A stretch of 64,000 bases of DNA from positions 32,001 to 96,000 of the IMG/VR virus record IMGVR_UViG_3300028859_000013. One strand, 5' to 3'. The DNA is from a virus. The translations under genes and the position numbers were made by a program. The notes below the pieces were generated by a model. It was not told the DNA's origin. It made no database searches and was given only the letters and a program-made list of their open reading frames with translations. Below are positions 60,631 through 64,000 of this stretch, piece after piece; position 1 is the first letter of the stretch, and each line of letters opens with the position of its first letter.

Positions 60631-61274
60631 ATAAAAAAAGTTGTTTGCATTAAAATTCCAAACATTAATAATATTGATCATTTTAATTTAAATGAAAAAT
60701 ATGATTATTGGTCATCGTCTCATTTTGATAATTATTTTATTGTCATTAATAAAAAATATTTTATGTTCTCATTTGAAGAGCATGAATTTAAAAAATGTTT
60801 TATGAATGAAAGAAAATTCAAATTATTAAATATTAAAAAATTATTAAATGAAAAAAGTTGTTAATATTAAAAATATAGATATAAAGTTTATTGAATCAGA
60901 TTATTATACTTTGTATGTTAGTTATAACTATTATTACTCAAATAATTTAAAGAGTTATGTTGTATCAGATAACTATGATGCTAGTTGTGTGTTTGGTGTT
61001 ATGGAATTTAAAAAATATTTTATGAATGAAAGAAAATTTAAATTATTAAATATTGAAAAAATAGAAAATATAAATGAATAAAGTAATATGTATACAACAA
61101 AATCATGATAATTTTAGTTATGGATTTAAAATTAATAATATTTATGATTATTTTAAAACTGATGAACAATATTTTGTTATTAAAAATAATGTAAGATATG
61201 GATATGATAAAATACATTTTGATAAACAATTTATTGATGAAAGGAAATTAAAAATTATCAAACTAAGTAAATAA
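60631..61274 (+). other. Three tandem paralogous small ORFs (60631-60864 with ATA start, 60848-61081, 61074-61274)
   Basis: All begin xKV(V/I)xI and end F(M/I)xERK(F/L)K(L/I). Confidence 0.6.
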
Positions 61275-61304
61275 AAATAATATATAATAAAAATAAATTT
61301 ATAG

Positions 61305-61793
61305 ATGACGAATATAGATTATATAAAAACTAAATTTTATGATGATATAACCATTAATAAACAGTTAAATATTTGGAGATTAGAAAATAAAAAAATTGTA
61401 TTTACAAATGGTTGTTTTGATATTTTGCATAAAGGACATGTAGAATATTTATCAAAATCAAAAGATTTAGGAGATATTTTGATTGTTGGATTAAATTCTG
61501 ATAATTCAGTGAAGAGATTAAAAGGAGAAACAAGGCCAATAAATAATCAAAATTCAAGAGCATTCATTTTATCTGCATTGCTATTTGTAGATGCAGTAAT
61601 ATATTTTGATGAAGATACTCCATTAAATCTAATTGAAAACATAAAACCTGATGTATTAGTAAAAGGAGGTGATTATAAAAAAGAAGACATTGTTGGTTAT
61701 GATTTTGTAATAGAAAGAGGTGGTGAAGTTAAAATAATTGATTTAGTAAAAGGTTATTCAACAACTAATATAATAAAAAAAAGCAGAATTTAA
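61305..61793 (+). CDS. rfaE2: D-glycero-beta-D-manno-heptose 1-phosphate adenylyltransferase (HldC/RfaE domain II)
   Basis: VFTNGCFDILHKGH, GLNSD.SVKRLKG..RP, FDEDTP, LVKGGDY and STTNII. Confidence 0.9.
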   Translation: MTNIDYIKTKFYDDITINKQLNIWRLENKKIVFTNGCFDILHKGHVEYLSKSKDLGDILIVGLNSDNSVKRLKGETRPINNQNSRAFILSALLFVDAVIYFDEDTPLNLIENIKPDVLVKGGDYKKEDIVGYDFVIERGGEVKIIDLVKGYSTTNIIKKSRI

Positions 61794-61812
61794 AATTCTG
61801 CTTTTTTATTTT

Positions 61813-62295
61813 TTATACAGTTGGAACAACTGTGGTTTGTTGTGTAGTAGTTGTTGGCTGAACTGTTGTAGTTTCGGTTGTTGATACAGGATTTTCAACA
61901 CCATCATCATAAATTATAAGACAAGGTACCTTTGAAGAAATATTGATCATCCATGCTATTTCTTTCATTCTAACAAATGGATGATCAATATTTTTTATAG
62001 TGTCACGTAATGAATCTAAATTGTTTTTATTTACATAAACATGAATTCCACCTGATCTATTTTTACCATCCCAACCAATATCAAAATTCGTAGTAATAAG
62101 TGCTAATTTATCTGTTGATTCTAATATTTTATTCAAATTTGGATTTTGATCATTTCCACTCATATCCACATTAACCTTAAATCCAGATTTATTTAAAGCA
62201 GGATGAATAGCATTAATGATATTTGTTGCTATGGTTTTATTTTGTTCTTGTGATTGATAAGCCTTCTTTAGTACCGCCATGTATTGAGGTTTCAT
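61813..62295 (-). CDS. Hypothetical protein with Thr-rich tail
   Basis: ORF; an out-of-frame MKKLKDFIGFVNE start lies just upstream. Confidence 0.45.
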   Translation of the reverse strand: MKPQYMAVLKKAYQSQEQNKTIATNIINAIHPALNKSGFKVNVDMSGNDQNPNLNKILESTDKLALITTNFDIGWDGKNRSGGIHVYVNKNNLDSLRDTIKNIDHPFVRMKEIAWMINISSKVPCLIIYDDGVENPVSTTETTTVQPTTTTQQTTVVPTV

Positions 62296-62355
62296 TTACA
62301 AAACCAATAAAATCTTTTAATTTTTTCATTTTTTTTCATTTTTTTTAATTATATA

Positions 62356-62661
62356 TTAATAATAAACTTTTATTTTTTTAGATCCATTTTCAAAATTTTT
62401 ATTCCAAACAATTCTTGTTTTATTATCTTGAAAATCATCAAATTCAGTCCATGCAGTTTTATGCGTACCTTCATTATAACCATTCAAAGTAGATTTAATA
62501 TAACCCCTTGCTTTTATTTCTAATTTTTTATCCTCAGATTTAACTATCTTAAAATATGTTATTAGAGTAGTTGGGTTATCCTTTATATCTCTAATAATTA
62601 TTTTATAATCTACATTTACATATTTTCCTGTTCCTTCTAAAAATTCTTTGAAATTTTTCAT
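62356..62661 (-). CDS. Hypothetical protein with capsid-targeting-like N-terminus
   Basis: True start likely MKNFKEFLE. Confidence 0.5.
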   Translation of the reverse strand: MKNFKEFLEGTGKYVNVDYKIIIRDIKDNPTTLITYFKIVKSEDKKLEIKARGYIKSTLNGYNEGTHKTAWTEFDDFQDNKTRIVWNKNFENGSKKIKVYY

Positions 62662-62720
62662 ATGATATATATAAAAATAAAAACTTTGAATTTTCATTCA
62701 AAGTTTTTATTTAATAATTA

Positions 62721-63161
62721 TTAAATTAGTTTTCTTTTCATTATTGCTGCAATTTCACCATAATTTTCACTATCAGTTCCAGATAACCATTCTAATTTAT
62801 GCTCAATTATAACATTACTACCTAATTTACTCCTCCACATATCACCAAATTGTTTGCACGCATGTGTTACAAAATTATTATTAGAGTATATTGCAATTTT
62901 TTCATAATCCAATTCATATGAATCATTTTCACATATTTTATAATTATATGTAGAATAGAACTCTATATAATTTTTTACTGTTGCATATCTATCATTAGGA
63001 TTATGCCATAATTTACAATTAGCTCCGCTCCATTCATTATAAACATCTATAGCAAAAGAAAAACAATTAAAATCATCTAAATTTTTATTAGTATTAATTA
63101 TTTTCCATTTATTATTTTTTAATTTTGGATGCCAATATTCTATCTCTTTATAAATATCCAT
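62721..63161 (-). CDS. Putative papain-like fold protein (NC..A / THA / WxSKLG)
   Basis: FNCFSFA, KIAIY, THA and WRSKLG...H. Confidence 0.55.
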   Translation of the reverse strand: MDIYKEIEYWHPKLKNNKWKIINTNKNLDDFNCFSFAIDVYNEWSGANCKLWHNPNDRYATVKNYIEFYSTYNYKICENDSYELDYEKIAIYSNNNFVTHACKQFGDMWRSKLGSNVIIEHKLEWLSGTDSENYGEIAAIMKRKLI

Positions 63162-63462
63162 TTTCTGATGCCCATTTTTTCCAAATATTTTTCATTTCAG
63201 ATGTTGTTAGAGAATATTCTTCATATAGTTCAATATTGGTTATTTTTTCTAATGCTTTTAACCATATTATCGAAAAATTTTCAAATATATATGGAATAGA
63301 ATTATATCCTTGCATTATTATTTTTTGATAATTTTCATTTTCATAAATAGCATTTAAATCTGATTTATTTCCACATTCATATTTAACCTTTTCTATTAAT
63401 TCTTTAATATTAGAATTCTCATTATATTTTAAAAATTCATTATATTTTTCGATATTTTTCAT
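63148..63462 (-). CDS. Helical hypothetical protein coupled to 62721..63161
   Basis: YQKII.QG..IP..W..AL..IT..W..W. Confidence 0.5.
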   Translation of the reverse strand: MKNIEKYNEFLKYNENSNIKELIEKVKYECGNKSDLNAIYENENYQKIIMQGYNSIPYIFENFSIIWLKALEKITNIELYEEYSLTTSEMKNIWKKWASENGYL

Positions 63463-63489
63463 GTCATTTTTATTTTTATATATAATATT

Positions 63490-64000
63490 TTAAATTTTAA
63501 TATTATCAAGTAATATTTGTTCAAATCCATCTGGTAAATAATTACTACTCAATCTAGTTAATTTTCTTGAAAAAATTATATTTTCATTTACTCTTTCTTT
63601 AAAATTAACTTCTTTATTTTTTCTATAAATATAAAGAATATCACAAAGATTACTTATAAATTCATCAGAATCAAAGTCAATATCATCAGGAAATTTTAGT
63701 TTGTACATGGAATATACAGTATTTGATCCAGCATCACCAATACCTCTTGAATCTTCTTTGAATTTAACAACACTTAATATATTATCTCCTGAGTCTCCTG
63801 CAACCAATTTTTTAAAATAAGATTCTTCTTTATTTACTGGAGAAATTTTAGCTTTACTAGTTATTTTATCAAAATAATTTATAAAATCCATATCATCATT
63901 TAGATCAAAAATATCACCTTCTGTTGTATCTTCTAGATTTTTTAAAAATATATTATAATTAATAGGTACATATAATTTTTCATCTTGAAACTTGTGATTA
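63490..64000 (-). CDS. C-terminal part of a 5'-3' exonuclease / T4 RNase H-like protein
   Basis: H3TH motif GDSGDNI..GIG; frame appears open to the window edge. Confidence 0.7.
   Translation of the reverse strand, partial: NHKFQDEKLYVPINYNIFLKNLEDTTEGDIFDLNDDMDFINYFDKITSKAKISPVNKEESYFKKLVAGDSGDNILSVVKFKEDSRGIGDAGSNTVYSMYKLKFPDDIDFDSDEFISNLCDILYIYRKNKEVNFKERVNENIIFSRKLTRLSSNYLPDGFEQILLDNIKI

Noticed and set aside
57-63328. Many short ORFs overlapping larger genes (e.g. 57..332, 911..1126, 11567..11912, 18943..19247, 39537..40075, 56637..56906)
   Set aside because: They are antisense or alternate-frame shadows of well-supported genes with no independent motifs.
1-64000. Genome-wide TAG or TGA recoding as in Lak or some crAss-like phages
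   Set aside because: Long genes are intact in code 11, TAG and TGA end genes at sensible positions (nrdJ ends TAG), and no suppressor tRNA is present in the window.

Overview
This is a very AT-rich segment of a large (jumbo-type) myophage read in the standard genetic code. The host is most likely Bacteroidota, based on TAnnTTTG -7 promoters, a Bacteroidota-style lipoprotein, a GGC tmRNA resume codon and a host-like IS1595. It encodes class II ribonucleotide reductase, a MoxR ATPase/VWA-peptidase pair, a rhomboid protease, an ECF-like sigma factor, tail sheath and tube, baseplate proteins, a Dam-like methylase, dUTPase, an HldC/RfaE2 adenylyltransferase, about ten homing-endonuclease-like genes, a tnpB-only element, 11 tRNA or tRNA-like genes and a tmRNA. 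The main finding is a candidate ribosome-sensing attenuator in front of the tRNA cluster. An unannotated 32-codon leader ORF (42164-42262) contains 16 consecutive codons drawn only from Thr, Ala, Val, Pro, Gly and Arg, which are the six amino acids served by the downstream tRNAs. It is followed by mutually exclusive antiterminator and terminator pairings. Other notable items are two tRNA-Arg genes that lack a D-arm but carry a D-loop-like hairpin in the variable region, a large family of proteins with T4-like capsid-targeting N-termini (many ending in KFNI, whose codons spell the putative late-promoter motif), an AAAC-N16-TATATA promoter class, and a tmRNA with a 28-aa tag. All calls come from reading the sequence by eye; no database searches were run.
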